Shown here: positions 10,809 to 21,186 of the stretch, piece by piece | Layout: every line of letters begins with the position of its first letter | Numbering within the stretch: the first letter of the stretch is position 1 | From: Spirochaetota bacterium | Lineage (GTDB): Bacteria > Spirochaetota > UBA4802 > UBA5550 | DNA: 64,000 bases | Direction: 5' to 3' | Assembly (NCBI GenBank): GCA_963663865.1 | Contig: OY760686.1 | Coordinates: forward strand, 96,001 to 160,000 | Position numbers and translations under genes: made by a program | The notes under the pieces: model-generated | What the model saw: the letters and a program-made list of their open reading frames with translations, nothing else | Databases searched by the model: none | Told to the model about the DNA's origin: nothing

Positions 10809-11810
10809 TCAGGAAGCCTGTGTTTCTTTTGCTTTATTTATCAATCCGGCATAGAATAGAAGAAGAATGCCAACCCCTGACCAGACAAAGGTCCTGAGTC
10901 TTCTGATGATGCCAAGCGATAACCCGAGGGCCGGGTCGTAACCCAACATAGAGAGCGCCAGGGAATACGACCCCTCGCTTGACCCCAGATTGGCCGGCAT
11001 AAAAAACATGGCGCTTGTAAGAATAAACCCGAATATGTAGACAAACATTGCGTGTAAAATGCTGAAATTTCCTGCCGCACCGCTGAACTTAACAATGAGG
11101 TATATTTCAAAAGTTGAAACTGTCAGGGTTATAAAGTAATGTATCAGAAGGGATGCTATAAATCGCCTCCTGTTTTTGCCCTTCAGCAGCAGGCCAAGTT
11201 CTTCGTCCAGCATCTTGATTTTTTCGCGCCTGCTGTCCGTCAGAAGCTTATCCCTGAGGCGGCGCGGCAGCTTTGACACGAAAAACGCAAGAAAACCCTT
11301 TTTCTGCTGATGGAGAATCAGCGCCATAAGCGCCATCGCCCCGGCCATCGCCGCCAGACTGATTACAGAGAAGAGAACCGGAAGGTCCAGCACAAAGAGG
11401 GCGGTTATTATCCCCGTTAAAAAGATGAAGATAGCTGATATGGAATGTATCGTTCTGTCCAGAACGACCGAGGCCAGTCCCGTCTTGAGAGGAACGATGT
11501 CCCTGACATAGAGCGCTTTAATCGGCTCACCCGCGACAGCGCCGAGGGCGTTGATTGAAGCGGTTGCGTCTCCGGCCACTCGCGCGGCGAAAAGCCTGAG
11601 TGAATTCCCGAGGCCCTTTGGACAGGGAAGAAACAGGCCCCACGCAAGGGCCATCCCGCCATTGCTTATTATGTGAATAAGGACAACCGGAGCGAAATAC
11701 CATCCGAGGCTCTTCATGTGGTCTACTGTAGATGCGGCTCCGAATGTCTTAAAGAGGACTGCCAGAATAACAACACCCGCGGCGAGAAATATATACTTTG
11801 TCTTTTTCAC
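10809..11810 (-). CDS. Lysylphosphatidylglycerol synthase TM/flippase-like domain protein (UPF0104)
   Basis: Multi-TM; AGEPIKA, ASVVLDR, P.NLGSSEG, IIRRLR motifs. Confidence 0.8.
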   Translation of the reverse strand: MKKTKYIFLAAGVVILAVLFKTFGAASTVDHMKSLGWYFAPVVLIHIISNGGMALAWGLFLPCPKGLGNSLRLFAARVAGDATASINALGAVAGEPIKALYVRDIVPLKTGLASVVLDRTIHSISAIFIFLTGIITALFVLDLPVLFSVISLAAMAGAMALMALILHQQKKGFLAFFVSKLPRRLRDKLLTDSRREKIKMLDEELGLLLKGKNRRRFIASLLIHYFITLTVSTFEIYLIVKFSGAAGNFSILHAMFVYIFGFILTSAMFFMPANLGSSEGSYSLALSMLGYDPALGLSLGIIRRLRTFVWSGVGILLLFYAGLINKAKETQAS

Positions 11811-11834
11811 AGGAAGCTCCGGGAAGGCCCTGAA

Positions 11835-13592
11835 TCAGAGTCTCACCGCGCAAACGGTAAAGTCGTCTCTGTGATCTTCAGCGATAGTGCTTCTGCGGGC
11901 CAAATCATTTAGTTGCCTGATGAAACCATCAAGGCTATCATTCAGAAATGACGCAGCCGTTTCAGCAAGCCTTTTTTCACCGGCGAATATATCAAGGTCC
12001 TTCTCGCCAAGGCACTCCACCACGCCGTCAGTGTACATTACAAGCATATCGCCGGTGCAGTAGCTGACCGTGCACTGTTCGTAGTCAACGCCCGGGATTA
12101 TACCGAGGGGCTTACCTCTTGAGCCGAGGGAGACAACCCCGCTCCCGTCCATTCTAACGAGAAGCTGGTCGTTGTGCCCTGCGCTTCCATAAGTAATTGT
12201 ACGCGCGGCGGTGTCGACTACCGCGTAAAAAACTGTGACAAACATCCCGTATTCGGATTCCTGATAAACCGAGTCATTGCTTTTCGAAAGAACGGCTGAG
12301 GGGCTGAAATCAACCTCTTTGTGGGCCCTTATTATGTTTCTGACGGCGCCCATAAAAAGCGCGGCCGGTATACCTTTTCCGGAAATGTCCGCGATCAGAA
12401 TGCCGTATCTATCATCATCGAACCTGAAAAAATCGTAGAAGTCCCCGCCGATCTCCTTTGCCGGCTTGTTGTAGGCGGCGATGCTGCAGCCTCCGAAGGT
12501 CTCAGGCATCCCCTTGAGAAACTTCCTCTGTACCTGGGCAGCAATCTCCATGTCGCGTTCAATCTGCTTCTGCTTCTCGAGCCTTACCCTGTTGAGGCTC
12601 CCGAGATAGGCTTCCGCAATCTGCACAGCTGCTGCCGTAAGCACCCTGAGGTCGAATGAATCAAACTGACTCCCCGATACCTTGTCGGTAAGATTCAGCA
12701 CGCCTATCACCGTGCTCTTGTAGAACAAAGGCATTGATATGAACGAGAAAGTGCGGTAACGCCTGCCATTATTCACGGGATAATGAGCGTCATTTTTCTT
12801 AATATCAGCGGCTATAATCGGGTTGCCGGTCTCAAAGACACGCTTTGAAACTGAATCGTCACCGGCAGTAAAATCCGTACCGGGGAGCCCGTAGGCCCCC
12901 TTGATTTCAAGCCTACGCTTCGCCGTGTCGTATATCATGACTGAAGCCCGCTCAACCCTCATTGATGAAGCAAGCGATTCTATCAACATCTGTAAAATAT
13001 CCTCGTGAGCTCCCGCCCTTGATATTGAGCTTGATATCTCGTACAGTGCGGAGAGCTCATCAACCCGTCTGCGGAGATCATCATGAAGCATTCTGTTTGT
13101 GAGAGCAAGAGCGGCCTGTTCTGCGACGTAACGGGCCATTTCGAGGTCGTCTGCCGTAAAGCCCTCTTCCTTATTGAGCGAGTTTACGACCTCCAGCACC
13201 CCTACAAGCTCGTCCATCATGAGCATGGGCACGGCTATCAGATTTCTCGTTACGAAGCCGGACTTAAGGTCAATATCACCGTAAAACCTTCCGTCATTCC
13301 TGGGATCATTTACGATGTACGACTGCCTGGTTTCCGCGGCCCTCCCGGCGATACCGACACCCCTCGGCACCCTCTCTCCGGTAATTATCTCGCCGCTGTC
13401 CCCGATGACAACATCAAATATCAGGTCGCCTGTCTCCCTGTCATGCAGCAGCACCGACGACGACTCAGCCCGGGCTATCTCACGGGCGACCTGAAGGATC
13501 TTCTCCATAAGCTCGGAGAGTCTCATTCTTGAGGATATCGACTTGTTTATGCCCCGCAGCAGGCCTATATCTACTTCTCTTGTTTTTTCCAC
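11835..13592 (-). CDS. GAF-GAF-PP2C (SpoIIE/RsbU-type) Ser/Thr phosphatase
   Basis: Two GAF domains; IGGDFYDF, IADISGKGIPAALFM, SAGHN, YTDGVVE, DDFT. Confidence 0.93.
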   Translation of the reverse strand: MEKTREVDIGLLRGINKSISSRMRLSELMEKILQVAREIARAESSSVLLHDRETGDLIFDVVIGDSGEIITGERVPRGVGIAGRAAETRQSYIVNDPRNDGRFYGDIDLKSGFVTRNLIAVPMLMMDELVGVLEVVNSLNKEEGFTADDLEMARYVAEQAALALTNRMLHDDLRRRVDELSALYEISSSISRAGAHEDILQMLIESLASSMRVERASVMIYDTAKRRLEIKGAYGLPGTDFTAGDDSVSKRVFETGNPIIAADIKKNDAHYPVNNGRRYRTFSFISMPLFYKSTVIGVLNLTDKVSGSQFDSFDLRVLTAAAVQIAEAYLGSLNRVRLEKQKQIERDMEIAAQVQRKFLKGMPETFGGCSIAAYNKPAKEIGGDFYDFFRFDDDRYGILIADISGKGIPAALFMGAVRNIIRAHKEVDFSPSAVLSKSNDSVYQESEYGMFVTVFYAVVDTAARTITYGSAGHNDQLLVRMDGSGVVSLGSRGKPLGIIPGVDYEQCTVSYCTGDMLVMYTDGVVECLGEKDLDIFAGEKRLAETAASFLNDSLDGFIRQLNDLARRSTIAEDHRDDFTVCAVRL

Positions 13593-13793
13593 ATTGCTTA
13601 CCAGTTCATTTTTTGCTTCCCGATCTTAACACTTGACACTCATATCATCAAGCTAAAAACACGGCGCTTTTTTTCTTTATTACAACGGCCATAAAACCGA
13701 TATTCTGTACAAGCGAAAAAGCGTTGACCTGTTTTTCAGTTTCACCGCAATATGAGACATAACTTATCCGCTCATCGAACCCGGGGAGGTCCA

Positions 13794-16022
13794 GTGAAAA
13801 AGACAATTATGATTATCGGCGGGGGACTGCTTCAGCTCCCGGTAATCAATACCGCAAAGAGAATGGGACTTCAGGTCATAGTAACCGACTATAACCCAAA
13901 CGCAATCGGTATGAAGGACGCCGATATCCCACTGGTAATGAGCACAAAGGACATCGAGGGCTCAGTACGCGCCGCCAGGGCCCAGAACGAGATAACTCCC
14001 ATCAGCGCCGTGCTCACCGTTGGAACGGACGCCTCCATGGCTGTTGCCGCTGTCGCGAACGCGCTTAAGCTGCCGGGCATAAAGTTTGACGATGCCGAAG
14101 CGGCCACAAACAAGATAAAGATGAGAATGCGCTTTAAGGAACACGGAGTGCCCTCGCCTGATTTTTTACCTGTATGGTCCCTATCTGACGCCAAAAAAGC
14201 ATGCAAAGTAATCAAATTTCCGGTTGTGATAAAGCCGTCAGACAATATGGGAGCAAGAGGCGTATCCCGCGTTAACAACATGAACGAACTCAAGGAAGCC
14301 TTTGAATTCGCGAAAAGCGCCTCACCAAGCGGCGAACTGATTCTTGAAGAGATGATGGAAGGCCCCGAGCTTTCTATCGACGCGATTATCTACAACGGCG
14401 ATGTAACCTTCACGGGTATTGCGGACCGGATAATCAAATATCCGCCCTTCTTTGTTGAGATAGGGCACAATATGCCCTCGGCAATGCCCGATAGCGTTAT
14501 AGAATCTGCCTGTGACGTTATGAAACAGGGCATCAGGGCGCTCGGGCTGACACTCGGCGCTGCAAAGGGCGATATCAAGATTACCTCTCAGGGCCCGATG
14601 ATCGGGGAGCTTGCCGGCAGGCTTTCAGGCGGCTTCATGTCTGCCTATACCTATCCGCTCTCGACGGGTGTTGACCTGATGAAAGCAGCCATCGAGGTTG
14701 CTCTCGGACAGGAACCGGGCAACCTCGAACCCGTTTTAAGCAAGGTCTCGATTGAACGCTCTATCATATCCGCCCCTGGATACGTTAAAAGGATATCGGG
14801 ACTTGAAGAAGCTTTAAAAGTACCCGGTATTAAAGAAATATTTATTGATGTCAAGGTTGGAGACAAGATTTCTCCTCCCCGCTCCAACGTTGAGAAGACC
14901 GGACATATAATCGCCGCGGCCGACACCCTCGAGGAAGCCGAGGCAGCGTTCAATGACTGTATGTCGCTTTTAAAAATAGAGATCCTTGAAGAACCTGCTC
15001 TGACGATGGACGCTATCAATCTTTCCGCGCGGGAAAAGTTCAAGAAGATATGCTATGTATGTAAAAACTGCGACGGCAAGGACTGCCCGACAGGCGTCCC
15101 GGGAATGGGCGGTACCGGAACCGGTGCGTCTTTTCGCAGAAACATTGAATCACTCAGGGCATTTTCGGTGACAACAAGACTGGTTCACGACATCTCAAGC
15201 CCGGACATATCCGCCTCATTTTTAGGCACAAGGATATCGCTCCCGGTAATGGCTGCGCCGATTACCGGGGCGGTAACGAATATGGGCGGTGCCATTGATG
15301 AGCTTGACTACAACATCGCCGTTCTAAAAGGCTGCTCTGATGCCGGAACAATTGCCTTTGTCGGCGACGGCGCTTCTCCTGAAAAGTACCGTATTGGTCT
15401 TCAGGCCGTGCAGGAAACCGGCGCAAAGGCTGTCGCTATCTTTAAGCCTCGCAGCGACAACAGCGACATCATAACCCGGATAAGGGCCGCGGAAGAAGCC
15501 GGGGTGCTTGGCGTAGGGGTCGATATTGACGCAGTCGTGTTCAAGACCATGGCCATGAAGAACCAGGCAGTCGGGCCTAAAGGGCTGAAAAGCCTCAAGG
15601 AGCTGATATCATCAACCGATCTTCCTTTTATCCTCAAGGGCATTATGAATCCGGAAGACGCGTTAAGATGCGCTGAAGCCGGCGCAGCCGGCATTATCGT
15701 CTCGAATCATGGCGGAAGGGTCATGGATGACATGCCGGGCGGCATGGATGTCCTGCAGGAGATAACGGAATCCCTCGAAGGCAGGCTCACAGTGCTCGTT
15801 GACGGCGGGTTCCGGCTCGGTGTTGATGTAATCAAGGCGATGTCGCTCGGCGCTGACGCTGTACTTGTCGGACGCCCCATAGCTATAGCGGCAGTTGGCA
15901 TGGGATCGCAGGGGGTTTCATTCTATCTTGATACCTTCGCGGCGGACCTCCGAAAGTCAATGATACTTACCGGATGCGCAGACACGGGTTCATTTACAGG
16001 GAATCTGGTTAGAAAGTTTTGA
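13794..16022 (+). CDS. ATP-grasp ligase fused to FMN-dependent alpha-hydroxy-acid dehydrogenase
   Basis: GTG start 13794 after GGAGG; N-half IGGGLLQ, PVVIKPSDNMGARGV, EEMMEGPELS, GELAGRLSGG; C-half CYVCKNCDGKDC, APITG, ILKGIM, SNHGGR, DGGFRLGVDVIKA. Confidence 0.88.
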   Translation: MKKTIMIIGGGLLQLPVINTAKRMGLQVIVTDYNPNAIGMKDADIPLVMSTKDIEGSVRAARAQNEITPISAVLTVGTDASMAVAAVANALKLPGIKFDDAEAATNKIKMRMRFKEHGVPSPDFLPVWSLSDAKKACKVIKFPVVIKPSDNMGARGVSRVNNMNELKEAFEFAKSASPSGELILEEMMEGPELSIDAIIYNGDVTFTGIADRIIKYPPFFVEIGHNMPSAMPDSVIESACDVMKQGIRALGLTLGAAKGDIKITSQGPMIGELAGRLSGGFMSAYTYPLSTGVDLMKAAIEVALGQEPGNLEPVLSKVSIERSIISAPGYVKRISGLEEALKVPGIKEIFIDVKVGDKISPPRSNVEKTGHIIAAADTLEEAEAAFNDCMSLLKIEILEEPALTMDAINLSAREKFKKICYVCKNCDGKDCPTGVPGMGGTGTGASFRRNIESLRAFSVTTRLVHDISSPDISASFLGTRISLPVMAAPITGAVTNMGGAIDELDYNIAVLKGCSDAGTIAFVGDGASPEKYRIGLQAVQETGAKAVAIFKPRSDNSDIITRIRAAEEAGVLGVGVDIDAVVFKTMAMKNQAVGPKGLKSLKELISSTDLPFILKGIMNPEDALRCAEAGAAGIIVSNHGGRVMDDMPGGMDVLQEITESLEGRLTVLVDGGFRLGVDVIKAMSLGADAVLVGRPIAIAAVGMGSQGVSFYLDTFAADLRKSMILTGCADTGSFTGNLVRKF

Positions 16023-16187
16023 TGCTGGCCGTTTGAATGGATCATACTGCTGCGCAATCCAAGCCCCGGCGGGCTAAAAATATCTTGCTTTTATCATGAC
16101 CAGATTTTAACTTAGCTGGATGTCGGTACAGTGATGCGTGCTGATTAAGCAATTTCAGCGCACTCTTATAAACAGGAGACTCGTTAA

Positions 16188-17147
16188 ATGCAGATCAAAT
16201 TGTGGGGTGTCAGAGGATCCCTTCCCGCTCCATTGACAAATAGAGAATACCGTCAAAAGCTTTTCCGTGTGCTGTCGCTTGCCTCGGATTACGGCCTCGA
16301 AGGAAAAGAAGCTGTATCTGATTTTATGAATTCACTGCCTCGTGAATTGGCGCGTATTTCAGGCGGAGACACAACCTGCGTTCAGGTTACTTCAGACAGC
16401 GGGAAAATATATATACTCGACTGCGGCACAGGGATTAGGAACCTGGGCAATGTTCTAATGAGGGGAGAATTCGGCAAGGGAGCCGGAGAAGCAAATATTC
16501 TCCTGACACACAATCACTGGGACCACATACAGGGCCTTCCCTTCTTCAAGCCGCTCTACGTTCCCGGGAATAAACTGAACTTCTATTCTCCATACAAAAA
16601 TCAGGAAGCCATGCTCTCAAGGCAGATGGAGGCTCCTCATTTTCCGGCCTCTTTTGAGAACACCCTTTCAACTAAAAGCTTTAACTATGTTGATCCATTT
16701 TCAGGAGAACCCTATGAGCTCGAAGAAGGCCTCCTGGTTGACATGTATCCGCTGACTCACCCCAACGGCAGCTTCGGATACCGTTTCAGACAGGGAGGAA
16801 AGACCTTCGTTTTTGCTACCGATGCGGAGTTCACGGGAGAGACGCTCGAAAAGCAGGGTTCAGACATTGAATTTTTCAAAAACGCGGATGTCCTTGTACT
16901 TGACTCACAGTACACCCTTGAAGAATCTTTTATGAAAATAGACTGGGGACATACGAGCTACACGATGGCCGTCAACTGCGCGCTTCGATGGAATGTGAGA
17001 AACCTTGTACTGACTCACCACGAACCGGATTACGACGACAGGAAGCTTTTTGAAAACTACCGCATGGCACTCCGCCACTCCGCGGACAGCGGCGAAAACT
17101 CTCTAAGAATTTACCTTGCCGCGGAAGGGATGTCATTCAGGCTATAG
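16188..17147 (+). CDS. MBL-fold metallo-hydrolase
   Basis: WGVRGSLP, GGDTTC, LDCGTG, THNHWDHIQGLPFF, WGHTS, THHEP. Confidence 0.9.
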   Translation: MQIKLWGVRGSLPAPLTNREYRQKLFRVLSLASDYGLEGKEAVSDFMNSLPRELARISGGDTTCVQVTSDSGKIYILDCGTGIRNLGNVLMRGEFGKGAGEANILLTHNHWDHIQGLPFFKPLYVPGNKLNFYSPYKNQEAMLSRQMEAPHFPASFENTLSTKSFNYVDPFSGEPYELEEGLLVDMYPLTHPNGSFGYRFRQGGKTFVFATDAEFTGETLEKQGSDIEFFKNADVLVLDSQYTLEESFMKIDWGHTSYTMAVNCALRWNVRNLVLTHHEPDYDDRKLFENYRMALRHSADSGENSLRIYLAAEGMSFRL

Positions 17148-17152
17148 GGCCC

Positions 17153-18100
17153 ATGACTCTTTTACCTATAAAAATTCAGAGAACCACCTTCGCAATCACG
17201 GCGCTCATGGCTGCCGTGTTTATCTGCGCGAATCCCGTTGATCTGTGGGCACAGAGAACAAAGTCCAGCCTTAAGGCCGGTGAACAGCGCAATGCCCAGA
17301 AGGGACTCAAAGACAACCAGACTTTCTTCCACTTCATAAACAGCTCAGTGACCAACACCGGAAACGATGAGCAGAAAAAGATTTTCAGAGAAGCAGTACA
17401 GCGCGACATGATAGCCAGAATACTGTACATGAAGTTTGCATTTCACGAATCCTGGACAGAGATAAGGAGATCTCAAAGCCTCCTTATAGATCTCTACCGA
17501 ATTACGCTCAATAAGGATATATCCTCAGCGAGAACCCTTCTCGCCGGCTTCGCACCGCCGGTGATAACCGCAGGCAACCACCGTTCAAAGCACTATCTCC
17601 GTCTTGGCTACAGAAACGCCGTCGAGGCAGAACAGTTCATGGCAATGGGCGACAGCTTCACGGAGAGACTCTACTCAATGCGCCTTTATAAATACACCCA
17701 CGCCATAAAAAAGGCCAAGCTCTCCAGACGTTACGCCTTTCTTGCCGCGCTTGAACAAAACGGTGCCGGGAAAAACCCCGACGAGATACGCATAAAAATT
17801 GACCAGATATATACGCGAATGCACACCTCAGGAGAGGAAAAGACAAAGGAGCTCCGAAAAGAGCTTTCAGCAGCCCGAAAAGAGCTTGTCGACGCTAACA
17901 TGGAACTCGGCCACCTCGGGTTCAGCGCTCTTAAAGACATGATATCAGAGCTTCCGGGAGCAGCTGAATCAAACTACACTACCTATCACTACGACAACTA
18001 CTACCGCACACCGGACGGGGGCACCCTTTTTGATAAAGTCTGGGACAACCCTCAGCTTGACAGCATTCCGGAATACGCGGAATATCTTAAAAAACATTGA
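17153..18100 (+). CDS. Exported helical protein, OmpL37-like (Leptospira adhesin family)
   Basis: Signal peptide; FINSSVTN.G..EQKKIF...Q.D..A..LY....ESWTEIRRSQ.LLIDLY resembles recalled OmpL37-family pattern. Confidence 0.55.
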   Translation: MTLLPIKIQRTTFAITALMAAVFICANPVDLWAQRTKSSLKAGEQRNAQKGLKDNQTFFHFINSSVTNTGNDEQKKIFREAVQRDMIARILYMKFAFHESWTEIRRSQSLLIDLYRITLNKDISSARTLLAGFAPPVITAGNHRSKHYLRLGYRNAVEAEQFMAMGDSFTERLYSMRLYKYTHAIKKAKLSRRYAFLAALEQNGAGKNPDEIRIKIDQIYTRMHTSGEEKTKELRKELSAARKELVDANMELGHLGFSALKDMISELPGAAESNYTTYHYDNYYRTPDGGTLFDKVWDNPQLDSIPEYAEYLKKH

Positions 18101-18116
18101 TGGAGACCGGCATATT

Positions 18117-20408
18117 ATGTTCAGATTCATTATGCTTACAGCATTTACACTGTTAACACTGTCCTGCTCAACCGCGAAAGGAGATTCGACTAAAACAGCT
18201 TCAATCGGCTTCTATTCAACACCTCCCGTGATAATACAAACATTAAAGGACGTAAAGGATAAGACCCCCGCAGCACACTTCATGCTTGCGCTTGCGTACA
18301 ATGAGGAAAAGCAGTACAAAGCCGCGATCAGACACTTTGCTGAGTCCGCATTCAAATACAAAAGGGCTGACGACCTGAGGCTTTTTCCCTTCCCCGTGTA
18401 CAGCCATCTTGACGGCTTCCACATAAAAAGCGATTACTACGACGACGCCGTAAACGAAATAGCTTCAATTTTTCAGAGACACTACGGAGAAAACAGCTAC
18501 GCGCTGAAAATTGCCGAGCTTCAATCGGGAGACAGCGTAAGAATTGATGTTGAAGCCGCTTCAACAGAGGCAGACGCGCTTTCATCGTTAAAAAGATACA
18601 GCGACGCTGTTAATAAACTAAACAGCAGGATCAGTCGCTACAAAGACTCGCTCCCGCTTTCAGCGCTTTATTTCAAACGCGCTTCAGTTTATGAAAAAGC
18701 GGACAGGCACAAAGACGCAGCGTCGGATTACCTGGCTGTAATCAGCCTTGACCGGGACGGCTGGCGGTCTGATCTGGCCGCGGTTCAGATATATCGAATG
18801 GTGAAGGGACAAAAGCTCTCCCTTAAAATAGATGAGCTTGTGACAACGGCCGCCACGCTTCTGGATTCCAGGAAGGACAGCGAGGCGTCTGAATTAACAG
18901 CATCAATTAAACCAGAGCAGTTTAAGAAAAGCTACGAATGCGCTGAACTGATGGTCAGAGAAGCCGCCGCCCGGAAAAAGATCCGCGAAGCCGAATCCCT
19001 CATAAAAAATTACGGGGAAAATGAGATCAAGCTACGCTACGCGCTGGCCCGTGAACTCTGGAAACGAAGAGCAAAGGGAGCAGCCCTGGGCATATACAGA
19101 GACATCGCAGCAAAGTCGGAGCACAACGAGAGGATGCCCGCTGTTTACAGACTTGCCGAGTTCATGGAAAGCAATAACAGAAGCGAATACATGCACTGGA
19201 TAAATGACTACCTTGAAAATGGCGATGATCCGTCCAAAAAGCAGACACTTCTCTGGCTTATAGCAAGAAGAGCTATTGAGAACGACCCCGAAAAAGCGGT
19301 TACTCTGCTGAAAAAAGCGCTGTCTCAGACCGATCACGGTCCATACTCTGACAGAATCAGATTCTGGCTTTTCAAGCTCTCTTCAGCATCGCCGGCAGAG
19401 TCTGAGCAATATTTGAGAGGCCTCATAACCGGGCATCCTTCATCCACTTACACCTGGTCTGCTCTCGATTCATTGCCGGAATCGCTGTCGCGGGACAAGC
19501 TTCACGGGCTTTTGAGCAAATCAGTAGCAGATAACAATAACAGTGATATTCTCTATTACTTCACTCTCTTGAGCTTTCTGGGAGAGGATACAAAGAACTT
19601 TGGCACAGCGCTTGCCTCTATTCCGGCCGATGTCATCACCCCTTACAAAGAAATAGAATCCCTGATAGAGAAAGCCCCCTTCGGACGGTTCAGGGAGCTC
19701 GAAAAGTACTTCGCCGCCGGTTCAGCAGACTATGTCAGGAGATCCTCTTACTTTATACCTGCCTCAACGAAGGAAAGCAAGGTTGAACTTGAAGCCTCCA
19801 TGACATCGCTTGCGTTGAAATACGGAAACCACACATTAGCCGCCTACGGGATTCTAAATCTGCTGAATGCATCCGGAGTTGAAGAGAACATCGCCTTGAT
19901 GGGAGAGAATTCGGTCAGAGCGCTTCTGCCCTACGCCTACAGGAGTATTGTAGACAGTGCGTCTAAGGAATACAAAGTAAATCCCTTCCTTGTGTTATCC
20001 GTCATTAAGGCAGAATCCTTTTTCAATCATGAAGCGGTATCTTCCGCCGGAGCGGCAGGCCTCATGCAGCTCATGCCCTCAACCGCGCGCGGACTTGCCC
20101 GGCAGATGGGCCTGAAAGATGACGCTTACAGCCTGAAGGATCCAGCTGACTCGATTAGCTTCGGAGCTAAATACCTTTCATGGCTTGACCGCTATTTCAC
20201 CGGCAATTTACCCTTCATGGTCGCAGGCTATAATGCCGGACCCGGCAATGTAAACAAGTGGAAGAAACGCCTGAACACTCAGGATATGGATTATTTTACC
20301 GAGTTCGTTCCGTTCGATGAAACCAATTACTATATTGTCAGAACCGGAAAGTATTTAAAACAGTACAGGTTGATATATGGCCGCAAGACCGGCAAAAATA
20401 CGGACTAA
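18117..20408 (+). CDS. Lipoprotein soluble lytic transglycosylase (Slt70-like, TPR-like N-terminus)
   Basis: Start ATG 18117, lipobox TLS-C; SLT motifs IKAES.F, AGAAGLMQLMPSTA, AGYNAGPG, PFDETNYY. Confidence 0.9.
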   Translation: MFRFIMLTAFTLLTLSCSTAKGDSTKTASIGFYSTPPVIIQTLKDVKDKTPAAHFMLALAYNEEKQYKAAIRHFAESAFKYKRADDLRLFPFPVYSHLDGFHIKSDYYDDAVNEIASIFQRHYGENSYALKIAELQSGDSVRIDVEAASTEADALSSLKRYSDAVNKLNSRISRYKDSLPLSALYFKRASVYEKADRHKDAASDYLAVISLDRDGWRSDLAAVQIYRMVKGQKLSLKIDELVTTAATLLDSRKDSEASELTASIKPEQFKKSYECAELMVREAAARKKIREAESLIKNYGENEIKLRYALARELWKRRAKGAALGIYRDIAAKSEHNERMPAVYRLAEFMESNNRSEYMHWINDYLENGDDPSKKQTLLWLIARRAIENDPEKAVTLLKKALSQTDHGPYSDRIRFWLFKLSSASPAESEQYLRGLITGHPSSTYTWSALDSLPESLSRDKLHGLLSKSVADNNNSDILYYFTLLSFLGEDTKNFGTALASIPADVITPYKEIESLIEKAPFGRFRELEKYFAAGSADYVRRSSYFIPASTKESKVELEASMTSLALKYGNHTLAAYGILNLLNASGVEENIALMGENSVRALLPYAYRSIVDSASKEYKVNPFLVLSVIKAESFFNHEAVSSAGAAGLMQLMPSTARGLARQMGLKDDAYSLKDPADSISFGAKYLSWLDRYFTGNLPFMVAGYNAGPGNVNKWKKRLNTQDMDYFTEFVPFDETNYYIVRTGKYLKQYRLIYGRKTGKNTD

Positions 20409-21183
20409 AACACAGATTATCCTGTTGGGGATGGTGCTTTCAGCGCAATTCGCGTGTCTGATGAGCTCCAAACCTGAACTTCTTCGTGAACCTGCACTGC
20501 TCTCAGAGATCAAGTCAGGGCTTTCCTCCTCTGACTGGAACGAAAGGCTTAAGTCTGTGCGGAAGCTCATTTCCACCGAGGGTTTTAGCCGTTTCGATGA
20601 ATCAGAAAAGATGATCCTTGCCGTCAGCTATGACACCCACTCCCTTATCCGTGTTGAGGCTGCGTCAGGGCTTTCAACTCTTCCAGGCAAAGCGGCTCTT
20701 CAGCGTCTGGTCTACATGGCCCTGAATGATGAGAGTGATAATGTCCGGTGGTATTCCCTTTGCTCACTTTCAGGAAGAAATGGCGAGGAGGTGTTTGATG
20801 CCTTTCTGCAGTCAGCCGACAGCGAAGACACCCTGATCAGAGAGGCCGCCTTCCGGGGAATAAACCGCCATCCTGACATTGAGCTTAAGAGAAAAAATCT
20901 TAAGACAATACTCAGGGGGATTACCGACGGGGCCGCGCAGGTAAGAATTGCGGCCATGACGGATATTGGATTTCAATCGGAAGAGATTTACAGGTCCCTG
21001 AAGAACAATCTGAAAATGAAAGGTCAGAGCAGCCGTCATATTGCAGCAGCTCTGCACGCCCTTGCAGGTTACAGCTTCGACAACGACACAAGAGAATATA
21101 TCATAAACATTCTTACCGGGAAAAACCCTGAGCTCAGACTGGCCGCGCTCAGGGTTCTTAAATCAGAAAAAAGGCTGGATTAG
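20377..21183 (+). CDS. HEAT-repeat protein, probably exported/lipoprotein
   Basis: Repeated D...IR..A motifs (LIRVEAA, NVRWYS, LIREAAF, QVRIAAM, ELRLAAL); hydrophobic N-terminus with Cys. Confidence 0.75.
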   Translation: MAARPAKIRTKTQIILLGMVLSAQFACLMSSKPELLREPALLSEIKSGLSSSDWNERLKSVRKLISTEGFSRFDESEKMILAVSYDTHSLIRVEAASGLSTLPGKAALQRLVYMALNDESDNVRWYSLCSLSGRNGEEVFDAFLQSADSEDTLIREAAFRGINRHPDIELKRKNLKTILRGITDGAAQVRIAAMTDIGFQSEEIYRSLKNNLKMKGQSSRHIAAALHALAGYSFDNDTREYIINILTGKNPELRLAALRVLKSEKRLD

Positions 21184-21186
21184 TAA

